From Clostridiales bacterium (GTDB taxonomy: Bacteria > Bacillota > Clostridia > Saccharofermentanales > Saccharofermentanaceae), in the NCBI GenBank assembly GCA_017513085.1, contig JAFWDK010000029.1, forward strand, positions 107,275 through 171,274: a stretch of DNA of 64,000 nucleotides, in the 5' to 3' direction. The notes under the pieces are model-generated. The model searched no databases. It had not been told where the DNA came from and was given only the letters and a program-made list of their open reading frames with translations. The translations under genes were made by a program, and so were the position numbers. This document shows, piece after piece, positions 38,342-48,351 of the stretch. How positions within the stretch are numbered: the stretch's first letter is position 1; each line of letters opens with the position of its first letter.

Positions 38342-40108
38342 TCAGGAGACACTTCCACGCTTGGCATCCACGGAAACAGTGGCGCCATCGGTGAGGACTT
38401 TGGTACAGTTCTCACAAGAGAGGATGGCCGGAATATCAAGCGCCATAGCCACCGTCGCAGCATGCGAAGCCGAATCATCGTCCTCAACGATCAGTGCTTT
38501 GGCATGCTTGATAAAAGGCATCATTTTATTGTTGGTGTACGGAGCCACGAGGATGATGCTGTCGTCCTCGGAGAGAGGCGGCTGGGCATCGAGGTGCTCC
38601 GGATCTTTGACGATGTAGACGGTGCCGGTGACCTGGGAGCCCTGCTCATCAGAAGTGGGCTGGCCGTTCCCGTGCACGATGGATTTGCCGAGGGCCTGGA
38701 CACGGATGGTGTTCGTGGTGCCGCTCATGCCGACCGGCGTGCCACCGGTCATAACGACGAGGTCGCCGCTGCTTAAGAAATCACACTGCTGTGCCGCCTG
38801 CATGCCGACTTCGAACAATTCGTCGGTGGTGGCAACTTCCGGAACCAGGATCGGGTAGACGCCCCAGCTCAGGTTCAGCTGACGCTGTACACGAGGGAAG
38901 AGCGTACCGGCAACGATCGGGCTGGCCGGACGGAAACGGGAGATCTGACGGGCAGTGCGTCCGCCATGGGTCACGGTCACGATGGCTTTGGCATTGATAT
39001 CCATCGCCGTGGTGCAGGTCGCGTGCGAAATCGCGTTGGCAACAGAAGGCATCATGGACGGCTTGGACTTACTGAACTGATTCCAGTAATCGATCGAAGC
39101 TTCGGTCTGTTCCGCGATCTCGACCATCATCTTCAAGGCCTCGACCGGATACTTACCATTAGCGGTCTCGCCGGAAAGCATGACCGCGGATGTGCCATCG
39201 AAGATCGCGTTGGCGACGTCGGAGACCTCCGCACGGGTCGGTCTCGGGTTACGGATCATGGAGTCGAGCATCTGAGTCGCCGTGATGGAAATCTTACCTG
39301 CGGAGTGACACTGCTGGATGCAGCGCTTCTGCACGATCGGGACGTTTGCCGCCGGGATCTCGACGCCGAGGTCACCTCTTGCCACCATGATGCCGTTACT
39401 TACTTTCAATATCTCGTCGAAATTCAGGATGCCCTCGTTATTCTCGATCTTCGCGATGATGTTGATGCCGTGATCACCGTGCTTCTCAAGGATGTGACGG
39501 ATCTCCTGGACGTCTTTGGCTTTTCGGACGAAAGACGCCGCGATGAAATCGAACTCGTTCTTGACGGCGAAGAGGATGTCTTCCTTATCTTTTGCGGTCA
39601 GTGACGGCAGGCAAAGCTCTACATCCGGGACATTGACGCTCTTCTTGGTGGAAACCGGGCCGCCGTTGCTGACGGTGCAGTAAATGTCGCCACCCTTGAT
39701 CTTCTTGACGATCAGCTCGATGAGACCATCGTCGATGAGGATACGGGAACCGACCTTGACGTCGTGCGCCAGATCTTTATAAGAAACAGAGAACTCCTTG
39801 TCGGTACCGATGACGTCCTTTTCAACGATCACCACTTCCGAACCTTCTACAAAGTTGGTCTTGCCGCCCTCAAATTCACCCGTCCGGATCTCCGGTCCTT
39901 TGGTGTCGAGGAGAAGTGCGACCGGAAGATTGAGTTCTTCACGGATCCTCTTCACACGGTCGATACGTTGCTGGTGCTCTTCGTAAGAACCATGGGAGAA
40001 GTTCAGTCTGGCCACGTTCATGCCGGCAAGCATGAGCTCGCGGATGATGTCGTCAGAGTCCGCTGCCGGACCGAGAGTACAGATTATTTTTGTTTTTCGC
40101 ATACACAT
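38342..40108 (-). CDS. pyk: Pyruvate kinase with C-terminal PEP-utiliser domain
   Basis: RKTKIICTLGP, MVARGDLGVE, LSGETA; SHAA tail. Confidence 0.98.
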   Translation of the reverse strand: MCMRKTKIICTLGPAADSDDIIRELMLAGMNVARLNFSHGSYEEHQQRIDRVKRIREELNLPVALLLDTKGPEIRTGEFEGGKTNFVEGSEVVIVEKDVIGTDKEFSVSYKDLAHDVKVGSRILIDDGLIELIVKKIKGGDIYCTVSNGGPVSTKKSVNVPDVELCLPSLTAKDKEDILFAVKNEFDFIAASFVRKAKDVQEIRHILEKHGDHGINIIAKIENNEGILNFDEILKVSNGIMVARGDLGVEIPAANVPIVQKRCIQQCHSAGKISITATQMLDSMIRNPRPTRAEVSDVANAIFDGTSAVMLSGETANGKYPVEALKMMVEIAEQTEASIDYWNQFSKSKPSMMPSVANAISHATCTTAMDINAKAIVTVTHGGRTARQISRFRPASPIVAGTLFPRVQRQLNLSWGVYPILVPEVATTDELFEVGMQAAQQCDFLSSGDLVVMTGGTPVGMSGTTNTIRVQALGKSIVHGNGQPTSDEQGSQVTGTVYIVKDPEHLDAQPPLSEDDSIILVAPYTNNKMMPFIKHAKALIVEDDDSASHAATVAMALDIPAILSCENCTKVLTDGATVSVDAKRGSVS

Positions 40109-40245
40109 ATTTATCTCCTTATTTGCATCGAGTGGCCATTAGTTAGAAACGATCACTCGGTCATGAACCAATTTTCGTCCCATATAATGTACCACTCGAT
40201 TGAAGTCAATTCCACAGAATGTGTGTTGTGCGATTTGTCAAAATA

Positions 40246-42714
40246 TTAATGGTCTCTGCTCTTCAGAATATCTGTTGATTTTGCCTGAATGATCCTGCAA
40301 GCTTCGTCAAGGTTTGTCCAGTCATTAAAGTATCTGTTGGCTTCCTCGACTATGACCGATGTGATTTGACCGTCGAGCTGATAGGAGTTGTCGATCGTCT
40401 CGATCAGAGTGGCCAGAGCTCCATTTGTCTCCTTGGTGAGCAGGGCAGGCTCGCGGACGAAGAAGTCCGGGAACTCTTTATACTCAGCATAAATGCTTTC
40501 ACTATGCTTGATCTGCGGCTCGGCGATTTTTTCAAAAGCACTTCTGTTGACAGGTAATGTGAAGGATGCTTCACTCAGAGCTGTCTGGGGTTCTTCATTG
40601 AGAAAATAGCGGATGAATTCCCAAGCCAGATCCGGATCAGAGGCGCACTTGGTGATGGACATGGTCGTTTCTCCGACAGCAATCATGCCCTTTCCATCAG
40701 CGGAAGGATAACCGGCAAAAACCGTATTTTCGTCTGCTAGGTTACCATAGTCTTCCAGCGTCCCGATCCTCGTCTTCAGCATGGCCACTTTGCCTAACAA
40801 AAACTGCTGTTCTTCTGATACAAATCTGCCACCTATGCTATTGGATCCGCTGCCGGCTTTTGAAGCGGCTTTTTTAGTATTATTCACCATTTCGACAAGC
40901 GCTCTGAATTTGTCGCCGACGAAGTCAGATGTGCCTTTTTCATAATCGATAAACTCCGGAGTCGAAGCTGTCAGGCAGAACGAAAGCAGTTCCGAGCTGT
41001 CGAACTGAGGAGTAACCCCCATGTCGGCCGGCAGAGAGTTGATGACCTTATTAAAATCATCGAATGTCCATTTCTCTTTGACGTTCGCTAATGTGCCGTT
41101 CACAGCGATGCCGCGGAGCGAGAAGGTGAGTGGCATCGAAAACAGTTTTCCGTCTTTTTCAAAAGCACTGAAAATGTTATAGAAGTAGTCTTCTTTTTTG
41201 ATGTTGCCATCAGATTCCAGATATGGTTTCAGGTCAAGAAGGTATTCGTCATTATTGAATTCGGCGAGATTGGAATAACCGGCCAGGATGTCCGGTGCGG
41301 TTCCTTGATGCATCTGTTCGATCACATCTCTTCCTGATTTACCGAGGTACTGGATGAGAACTTCATCCGGCCAGCCAATCACGGAATTGTTCGTTAAGGT
41401 ACATACCTCGATATACGCGCTGCTCGAAGGATCTGCGTTATACGCCATGACTTTCTCGATAAGATACGGATCACTGCCGGAATATACGCCAAGCTTCAGG
41501 ATCGCTTTTCCGTTGTTCGGATTCGTATCGGAACGGGTGAGCTTTACGATCGACATCTTGTTGGATAAAGAACAATAGCATTCTGATTGGGCGTTTGGGT
41601 CGCTCGGGTCAACGTCCGATTCCACAGAGATGAAGATCATCGAATCATCAGAAAGGATCTGACCGGCTTTTAGAGTCGCGAAGTTAATGCCGGCACTTGC
41701 CGGGGAAAGGATCAGTGTGGATTCTCCTTTCTCGACGTTGTACTGTGACACGCCGCCTTCATGAAAGATAAGACAATTCGTATTATTCGCAAGGTCAGGC
41801 GCTACACTGTCGTTTACCTTATAGACTTCTTTGAGTTCTCCGGTGTTTATGTCCAGTTCCTGGAGCGCAGAAATGTTATAAGTCGGAAGAGCCATATGCG
41901 AGACATACCATTTGCCGTCCGAGTAATTCATATAAGCACTGATCGTCTCGTCTGATATCTTTTTGATCAGCTTTCCTTCGGAATCGAAAAGAAACAGATT
42001 ACCCTCGGTCGCGATAGCGAGATTGCCGTTTTCCAGCGGATAAGCCTGCATAGAGTAGATCGTCTCGTGGTAGTCATATTGAATATCGCGAACCTTCTCT
42101 CCTGCAGAAGTGATCACGAAAAACTTCGGTGTGGATTTACAATCGTCATAGTTGAACTTGTCGGCAACGATCAAGATATCGCCATTGCTCATTGCAAAAG
42201 CACGCTGGAATTCGCAGTTTTCTTCCATAGGGATCGTGGCAAGATTCTTGCCGCTAAGATCGAAAAGCTGCAAGCTGTAATACTCTCCTTCGTCGAAAAG
42301 GAGGTAGTTGTTTTTTAACAGCTCATCCGCGTCATCTTCGTCTTTCAGGGTTACTTTGACATTGGCAAGGATTCGGTCGCCTACGATCGAGACCGTGGTA
42401 AATCCCTGTGTTGCAAACTCTACGCCGGCAACCGGTTCGAGTTTCAGTTCTTCAGTTTGCGCATCAAAATACGCTATGTCAGACGTTACCTTCCGGGAAG
42501 GATTCGTTTTTAAAGTTTGCGGCTCGTTTTTCTTCGTATCACTTTCGTGGTCCGCATCGTCCTTATCGTCGTCGTCTGCATCGTCCGCTTTCTCGCTTTT
42601 TTCCGTTTCTTTAGTTTCCTTTGAATCTTCATGGCTCTTTCTGCACGCGGTCACAGGCAGGATCATACCCGTTGCAACTGCCACAGCAAGTAAGTTTCGA
42701 ATCATCTTCTTCAT
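40246..42714 (-). CDS. Large lipoprotein with C-terminal solute-binding domain
   Basis: Lipobox VTA-C; APDIL, LLDLKPY, AWEFIRYFL. Confidence 0.8.
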   Translation of the reverse strand: MKKMIRNLLAVAVATGMILPVTACRKSHEDSKETKETEKSEKADDADDDDKDDADHESDTKKNEPQTLKTNPSRKVTSDIAYFDAQTEELKLEPVAGVEFATQGFTTVSIVGDRILANVKVTLKDEDDADELLKNNYLLFDEGEYYSLQLFDLSGKNLATIPMEENCEFQRAFAMSNGDILIVADKFNYDDCKSTPKFFVITSAGEKVRDIQYDYHETIYSMQAYPLENGNLAIATEGNLFLFDSEGKLIKKISDETISAYMNYSDGKWYVSHMALPTYNISALQELDINTGELKEVYKVNDSVAPDLANNTNCLIFHEGGVSQYNVEKGESTLILSPASAGINFATLKAGQILSDDSMIFISVESDVDPSDPNAQSECYCSLSNKMSIVKLTRSDTNPNNGKAILKLGVYSGSDPYLIEKVMAYNADPSSSAYIEVCTLTNNSVIGWPDEVLIQYLGKSGRDVIEQMHQGTAPDILAGYSNLAEFNNDEYLLDLKPYLESDGNIKKEDYFYNIFSAFEKDGKLFSMPLTFSLRGIAVNGTLANVKEKWTFDDFNKVINSLPADMGVTPQFDSSELLSFCLTASTPEFIDYEKGTSDFVGDKFRALVEMVNNTKKAASKAGSGSNSIGGRFVSEEQQFLLGKVAMLKTRIGTLEDYGNLADENTVFAGYPSADGKGMIAVGETTMSITKCASDPDLAWEFIRYFLNEEPQTALSEASFTLPVNRSAFEKIAEPQIKHSESIYAEYKEFPDFFVREPALLTKETNGALATLIETIDNSYQLDGQITSVIVEEANRYFNDWTNLDEACRIIQAKSTDILKSRDH

Positions 42715-42971
42715 GGTCAACCTCCAAGTGTCGTAGATCGTCATTGTGTTTTCATATTAATTATTCATGATAATTTGCGATTTTGGGTGAGTTTTTTGTC
42801 ACGAAAAGCACTGCCATACATTTTTTTCCCGTGAAGTCTTCATCCTCCAAAGTCCGATGTTGCTGTGATTCAGGACGTTCGAAAGAGTTAGGTTTTTAGG
42901 CTTCAGTAAAAACGCCAAGCCGGGGCTTGTGAAAGTAAAGGAATTTGTACAAAAAATCTTTCGCAAAACAG

Positions 42972-43000
42972 ATGACATCCATGCGCGCTTGCGTTATGAT
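42972..43000 (+). promoter_or_regulatory. Putative SigA promoter of pflB
   Basis: ATGACA-17-TATGAT. Confidence 0.45.
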
Positions 43001-43051
43001 GAGGCGGTAATGAAAATCATTTGATCTGAAGAGAGTATTTTTTTCCGGGAT

Positions 43052-43173
43052 CACTTGTGGACGATGTGGCAATCGTCCGTCACAGAGCTTCGGCAACGGT
43101 GGGGTGGCGCCCATGAAAACGTTGCAGGAAAAGACCGGGCGGCACCCGGTCAGAGAAGAAACTCTTACAAGTG
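43052..43173 (+). ncRNA. Candidate structured cis-regulatory RNA in the pflB leader
   Basis: Closing stem CACTTGT/ACAAGTG around three hairpins with GYGGCR loops. Confidence 0.5.
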
Positions 43174-43297
43174 CTTTTGGAGGAGGAGAAAACGGAAGAC
43201 GGAAGGTTTTCATGCAAGGCTTTTTAAGATGAATGATTCGGGAGAGGGTCCGACTAAGGATGCTCCGCAGAAAGGTTCGCGAGGGAGGATTATTGCA

Positions 43298-45511
43298 ATG
43301 GCATTTGTACCTGGAAAATGGTCTGAGGACATCCATGTCCGTGACTTTATCAACAAGAATTACACTCCGTACGATGGAGACGAGTCGTTTCTGGCGGGAC
43401 CGACACAGGCCACGCTGGATCTCTGGGATAAGATCCTGGAGCTCCGTAAAAAAGAGAAGGAGAACGGCGGCGTTCTCGACATCGACGAGCACACTATATC
43501 CACTATTACTTCCCATGCCCCGGGATATATCGACAAAGACAAAGAAAAGATCGTCGGACTTCAGACCGATGCTCCGCTTAAGCGCGCGATCATGCCGTTT
43601 GGCGGTATCCGCATGGTCAGATCCTCGCTCGATGCTTACGCAAGAGAGATGGATCCGGAGGTCGAGCATGTCTTCCAATATAGAAAAACACATAACGACG
43701 GCGTTTTTGACGCCTACACACCGGAGATGCAGCGCGCGCGTCACTGCGGCATCCTGACCGGTCTTCCGGACGCTTACGGCCGCGGACGTATCATCGGCGA
43801 CTACCGCCGTATCCCGCTTTACGGTACGGCTTTCCTGATCGCGCAGAAGAGAAAAGCGAAGGACCAGATCCTTTCGGACGTCATGGACGTGGAGACGATC
43901 CAGCAGAGAGAAGAGATCTCCGAGCAGGTCAAGAGTTTGTACGAACTGACTAAGATGGCGCAGAGCTACGGCTTCGACATCTCCCGCGCGGCAAGAAACT
44001 TCACCGAGGCGGTTCAGTGGCTCTACTTCGGCTACCTCGGCGTCGTGAAAGAGCAGAACGGTGCGGCCATGTCCCTCGGACGTGTGTCCACTTTCCTCGA
44101 TATCTACGCGGAAGAAGAACTGAAGAACGGCACGATGACCGAGTCCGAGATCCAGGAAGTTGTCGATCACTTTATCATGAAGCTTCGTATTGTCCGCTTT
44201 TTGCGTACTCCGGCGTACGACGAGCTTTTCTCCGGCGACCCGACATGGATCACCGAGTCCATCGGCGGTATCGGTCTCGACGGCCGCCACATGGTCACCA
44301 AGATGAGCTACCGTTTCCTGCATACTCTCGAGAACATCGGATCCGCACCGGAGCCGAACATGACGATCCTCTGGAGTCCGAACCTTCCGGAGAACTTCAA
44401 GAAGTACTGCGCGAAGATCTCCATCAACACGTCCTCCATCCAGTATGAGAGCGACGAGCTGATGCGTGAGAAGTTCGGCGATGACTACGCAATCGCATGC
44501 TGTGTTTCCGCCATGCGTGTCGGCAAGCAGATGCAGTTCTTCGGTGCCCGCGCCAATCTGGCAAAAGCACTTCTCTATTCGATCAATGGTGGTCGTGATG
44601 AGAAGACGGGGGATCAGGTCGGTCCGGTAAGAAATCCGATCACTTCCGAATACCTTGACTACGACGAAGTCATGGCGCGTTTCGACGAGACCTGCGCATG
44701 GCTTTCAAAACTGTATATCAATACTTTGAACGTTATCCACTACATGCATGACAAGTACTGCTACGAGAGATTGGAGATGGCGCTTCACGACGAGAAGATC
44801 GACCGCACCATGGCTTGCGGTCTGTCCGGTCTTTCCGTTATCGCTGACAGCCTTTCCGCAATCAAGTACGCGAAGGTAAAACCGATCCGTAATGAACAGG
44901 GTCTGGCTGTGGACTTCGAGATCACAGGTGACTACCCGCAATATGGTAACGACAACCCGAAGGTTGACCGTATCGCTGCAGAGGTCGTCCGCAAGTTCAT
45001 GAAGCATCTTTCTAAGCACAAGTGCTATCGTAACGCCCGTCCGACGCAGTCGATCCTGACGATCACATCCAACGTCGTTTACGGTAAGAAGACCGGTTCC
45101 ACACCAGACGGACGTAAGGCCGGCGAGCCTTTTGCACCAGGCGCCAACCCGATGCACGGCCGTGATCGTTCCGGCGCAGTTGCATCCATGAGATCGGTCG
45201 CGAACCTTCAGTACGACTACAGTGAAGATGGTATTTCCTACACCTTCTCGATCCTGCCGTCCACACTCGGCAAGACACTCGAAGAACAGCAGGTCAACCT
45301 CTACAATCTCCTCGACGGCTACTTCACCGACGGCGGCCACCACATCAACGTCAACGTTATCCTGAGAAAGACCTTGCTCGACGCGATGGATCACCCGGAA
45401 AAATACCCGCAGCTCACCATCCGTGTCTCCGGCTACGCGGTCAACTTCACGACCCTCACCCACGAACAGCAGCTCGAAGTAGTGAGAAGAACGGTTCACT
45501 CGAAAATGTGA
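43298..45511 (+). CDS. pflB: Pyruvate formate-lyase
   Basis: IACCVS, glycyl-radical TIRVSGYAV; GGGAGG RBS. Confidence 0.98.
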   Translation: MAFVPGKWSEDIHVRDFINKNYTPYDGDESFLAGPTQATLDLWDKILELRKKEKENGGVLDIDEHTISTITSHAPGYIDKDKEKIVGLQTDAPLKRAIMPFGGIRMVRSSLDAYAREMDPEVEHVFQYRKTHNDGVFDAYTPEMQRARHCGILTGLPDAYGRGRIIGDYRRIPLYGTAFLIAQKRKAKDQILSDVMDVETIQQREEISEQVKSLYELTKMAQSYGFDISRAARNFTEAVQWLYFGYLGVVKEQNGAAMSLGRVSTFLDIYAEEELKNGTMTESEIQEVVDHFIMKLRIVRFLRTPAYDELFSGDPTWITESIGGIGLDGRHMVTKMSYRFLHTLENIGSAPEPNMTILWSPNLPENFKKYCAKISINTSSIQYESDELMREKFGDDYAIACCVSAMRVGKQMQFFGARANLAKALLYSINGGRDEKTGDQVGPVRNPITSEYLDYDEVMARFDETCAWLSKLYINTLNVIHYMHDKYCYERLEMALHDEKIDRTMACGLSGLSVIADSLSAIKYAKVKPIRNEQGLAVDFEITGDYPQYGNDNPKVDRIAAEVVRKFMKHLSKHKCYRNARPTQSILTITSNVVYGKKTGSTPDGRKAGEPFAPGANPMHGRDRSGAVASMRSVANLQYDYSEDGISYTFSILPSTLGKTLEEQQVNLYNLLDGYFTDGGHHINVNVILRKTLLDAMDHPEKYPQLTIRVSGYAVNFTTLTHEQQLEVVRRTVHSKM

Positions 45512-45514
45512 TTC

Positions 45515-45741
45515 TTCGCGGATTTCTTTCCGCCGCTGGTCCTCCGCGCTTCGCTTGTGCGGAATCGCGTCGAAAATGAAATCCGCGAACAATCAAGTTC
45601 CGAAAGACGACTAGGATAGCGGCTTCTCGGAAGAACGTTTAATGTTTTCAGCACGCTCCTCATATGCGGAAATATTGAGGAGCGTTTCCGCAGGCGCGAA
45701 GCGCCGAGGACTTAGCGACGAGATATTTCCGCATATGAGGA
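45515..45741. repeat. Two long hairpin elements sharing the REP-like core
   Basis: 45515-45589 and 45657-45741, each with its own outer stem. Confidence 0.75.
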
Positions 45742-45773
45742 CCAGCGAAGAGATACTTCGCGTGATGAGTATT

Positions 45774-46538
45774 ATGACAGATTCTGTAAAAGGTTACGTA
45801 CACTCTATCGAAACTCTTGGCGCCGTGGATGGTCCGGGGCTTCGTTTTGTTGTCTTTTTGCAGGGTTGTCCGCTTCGTTGCAAGTTCTGCCATAACCCGG
45901 ATACATGGCGTTTCGAGGGCGGGGAAGAAGTGACGGTGGGAGAGCAGGTGAAGCAGATCCTGCGGTACCGTTCGTATATTAAGTCGGGCGGCGTGACGAT
46001 CTCCGGCGGGGAACCGCTCCGGCAGGCGGAGTTCTGTCTTGCGATGATCCGCGCACTGCACGAAGAGGGGATCCATGTTGCCATCGACACGTCCGGAATC
46101 TATTGCGAGGGCGTGGCGCTTCAAGCCGCGATGGAAGCAGACCTGCTGCTTCTGGATATCAAGTCTTTTGATGCCGATAAGGCAAAAGCACTTACCGGGT
46201 TTTCGACCGATCATGCCTGGCGTTTGTTAGGTGAACGTGAAGCGGCCGGAAAAACGGTATGGATCCGGCACGTTTTGGTGCCCGGATATACATTGATCGA
46301 CAAAGATGCGCAAGGAAAAATCTTTGAAGAGGAAGAGGCGTGGAAAAAGGCGAACGCTGAACTGCTCGAGGGGATCCGCAGGCTGAAAAAATACGCTTGC
46401 GTTGAGCGGATCGATCTACTGCCGTTCCATAAAATGGGAGAGTTCAAGTACGAGGAGTTGCATCTGCCTTACGAATTGAAAGAGACCGAAGAGCCTGATG
46501 AGAAAGTGATCGAGTGGGCCGAAGCTGCGGCGCGCTGA
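45774..46538 (+). CDS. pflA: PFL activating enzyme (radical SAM)
   Basis: VDGPGLR, CPLRCKFCHNPD. Confidence 0.96.
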   Translation: MTDSVKGYVHSIETLGAVDGPGLRFVVFLQGCPLRCKFCHNPDTWRFEGGEEVTVGEQVKQILRYRSYIKSGGVTISGGEPLRQAEFCLAMIRALHEEGIHVAIDTSGIYCEGVALQAAMEADLLLLDIKSFDADKAKALTGFSTDHAWRLLGEREAAGKTVWIRHVLVPGYTLIDKDAQGKIFEEEEAWKKANAELLEGIRRLKKYACVERIDLLPFHKMGEFKYEELHLPYELKETEEPDEKVIEWAEAAAR

Positions 46539-46703
46539 GACGAAGGCGCCGCACGCTGAGCTAGCCCTGGGAACTCGAAAGTGACGCGCCGAGCAGACGC
46601 CGGGAGGCGCTGGAATCCGTGGGGATACAAGATCGAGGGGTCCGATTATCATAGGAGTTGGTATCGATCATGACCACTACAGCTAGGATGAATGAAACGC
46701 GGG

Positions 46704-47026
46704 TTTTAGGCCGTAATGCCCGGAGTGGTTAGCTATGGGTAACTGCGCTGTTTACGGTCAAAAACACAAAAAGTGATGATTCTGACCGTAAAATCAAGCG
46801 TTTTTCGATGGGATTTACGGTCAGAAATGAGGAAATCGATGATTTAGCCCGTAAATATCAAGGAAAAAATTCAAAAAACGGTTTTTTTTTACGGGCTAAA
46901 TTGAGCAAATCGATGAGTCTGACCGTAGACACGGCAGTTAGTTTGGACTAACTGCCGCGTTTGCTGCTGAGACTTCCGATTTTGAACATTTTACCAGTAA
47001 ACCATGTGGTTAGACCAACTAACCGC
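46704..47026. repeat. Mosaic hairpin array A
   Basis: Four TTAC..GTAA-type units of about 42 bp (last degenerate) plus three GTTAG..TAAC palindromes. Confidence 0.85.
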
Positions 47027-47130
47027 ACCGTTCTTTATGAGTGAATCATGTGCCGCCGGGGTCGATCGGACACTCCCCACCTTGTATCCAGCTGATCACA
47101 GCAGCAAAACTGCACTTCACTTCCACGCAA

Positions 47131-47206
47131 GCAGAACTGTTTCTGAGGAGCGATTACGCAAGCGTGCGTAGCACGCCGAGTACCAGCGACGAAGAAACAG
47201 TTCTGC
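47131..47206 (+). repeat. 76-bp palindromic REP-like element, copy 2
   Basis: Matches copies at 34468 and 62840. Confidence 0.9.
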
Positions 47207-47251
47207 GTTTCCGATCTTGTATCCAGCTGATCCCATCCCCCGCGGCGCAGC

Positions 47252-48172
47252 TTACATCGTTCCTTGATCGATGCCGTAGGTGGCGCAGATGTTTGCGAAT
47301 TCTTCGCTGTTTCCGAAGAAGGCAATAGCCTCGCGGCGTGTGTACAACGTATAGAGAAGTTTTTTCACCCAATAATTCCTTTCTTCATTACTCGGTTTTC
47401 TGTCCATGAAGGTTTGATACAATCGATCGACGAATATTCCGTCGCTCACATTCATAGCGTCGAATTCCTTACTGAAGAAGAAAGCTTTTGCAGCGGAACA
47501 ACCGGTCTGCTCAAGGTTCGTCAGTGCCAAGGACCAGTAGGAAAGACCGGACACTTCCGGCTCTCTTTTCAGGCAACAGGTATAAAGACGAGTGGCGAAT
47601 TTGATGGCGTTCGGCGAAGCAAACTCGGCTTTGTGCCACTTGGCGCCGGACTTAACACCATAGAGAGCACAGACATTGCACCATTCGGTCGATTCGATGA
47701 AGTTTTCAACGACTCCCACGCGTGTCATTCTTCCGGAGTTGAGCGCGTCTGCCCAGCCCTGCTTACCGGCTGCATCGGATTCGCGGTCGAAAAATGTCTT
47801 GTAAAGTGTCTCGACAAAGTCGTCGACAGAAAGATTCCTGTTCATGAATTCCGGTGCTTCCAAAAGAAAGAACCTCGCGCAATCCGCACCATTGTATTCG
47901 CCATGTAAGACCTTGGCGACCCAGAAAGCTTTTCCGTCCGGCTCCGCCTTGCGGCCAAGCGCCACTACATACAGACGTTCCACAAAATCCTCGAACGTCG
48001 GGTCATCTTCCGGCTCGATGTCTTGAGGCGCGGAGGATGCAAGATCCACCGACTGCACGAACGAAGGAACCGAAGGCTCCGAAGCAAGTGCTTTTGGCGA
48101 GGAAAGGCCGAACATGCCTCCTAACATGGTAAGTGTGAGTGCGATGCTGCTAATGATAACTTTTCTTTTCAT
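47252..48172 (-). CDS. Secreted protein made almost entirely of DUF4214 repeats
   Basis: Signal peptide; FVERLY..EWCNVCALYG..FANICATYGI, homologous to the amidase N-terminus. Confidence 0.85.
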   Translation of the reverse strand: MKRKVIISSIALTLTMLGGMFGLSSPKALASEPSVPSFVQSVDLASSAPQDIEPEDDPTFEDFVERLYVVALGRKAEPDGKAFWVAKVLHGEYNGADCARFFLLEAPEFMNRNLSVDDFVETLYKTFFDRESDAAGKQGWADALNSGRMTRVGVVENFIESTEWCNVCALYGVKSGAKWHKAEFASPNAIKFATRLYTCCLKREPEVSGLSYWSLALTNLEQTGCSAAKAFFFSKEFDAMNVSDGIFVDRLYQTFMDRKPSNEERNYWVKKLLYTLYTRREAIAFFGNSEEFANICATYGIDQGTM

Positions 48173-48351
48173 AAAAAATACCTCCGATTTGTGTGTCGCT
48201 ATATAGACACAAACCAGAGGCAGTTTATTCGAAGATTTTGAAAAAAATTTTGCCGATGCAAAAGCACTTCCGTGGCGGCTGAGCGTTCTGGTGTTCCGGC
48301 GTTCCTGCGCATCGGTGTGCCGGTATTCCGGTGCACCGGCCAGAGGCAGAG

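Noticed and set aside
43052-43297. ZTP (pfl) or guanidine-I/ykkC riboswitch upstream of pflB
   Set aside because: The ZTP GACTG and CGCCTGGG elements are not seen. AAAAGACCGGGCGG only loosely resembles the ykkC 3' tail and the 5' core is absent.
43055-43297. N-terminal extensions of PflB, PflA (45642), the ABC ATPase (24796) and the hydrolase (55469) in the ORF track
   Set aside because: They run through promoters, hairpins or neighbouring genes; family homology begins downstream, in most cases at a better RBS.
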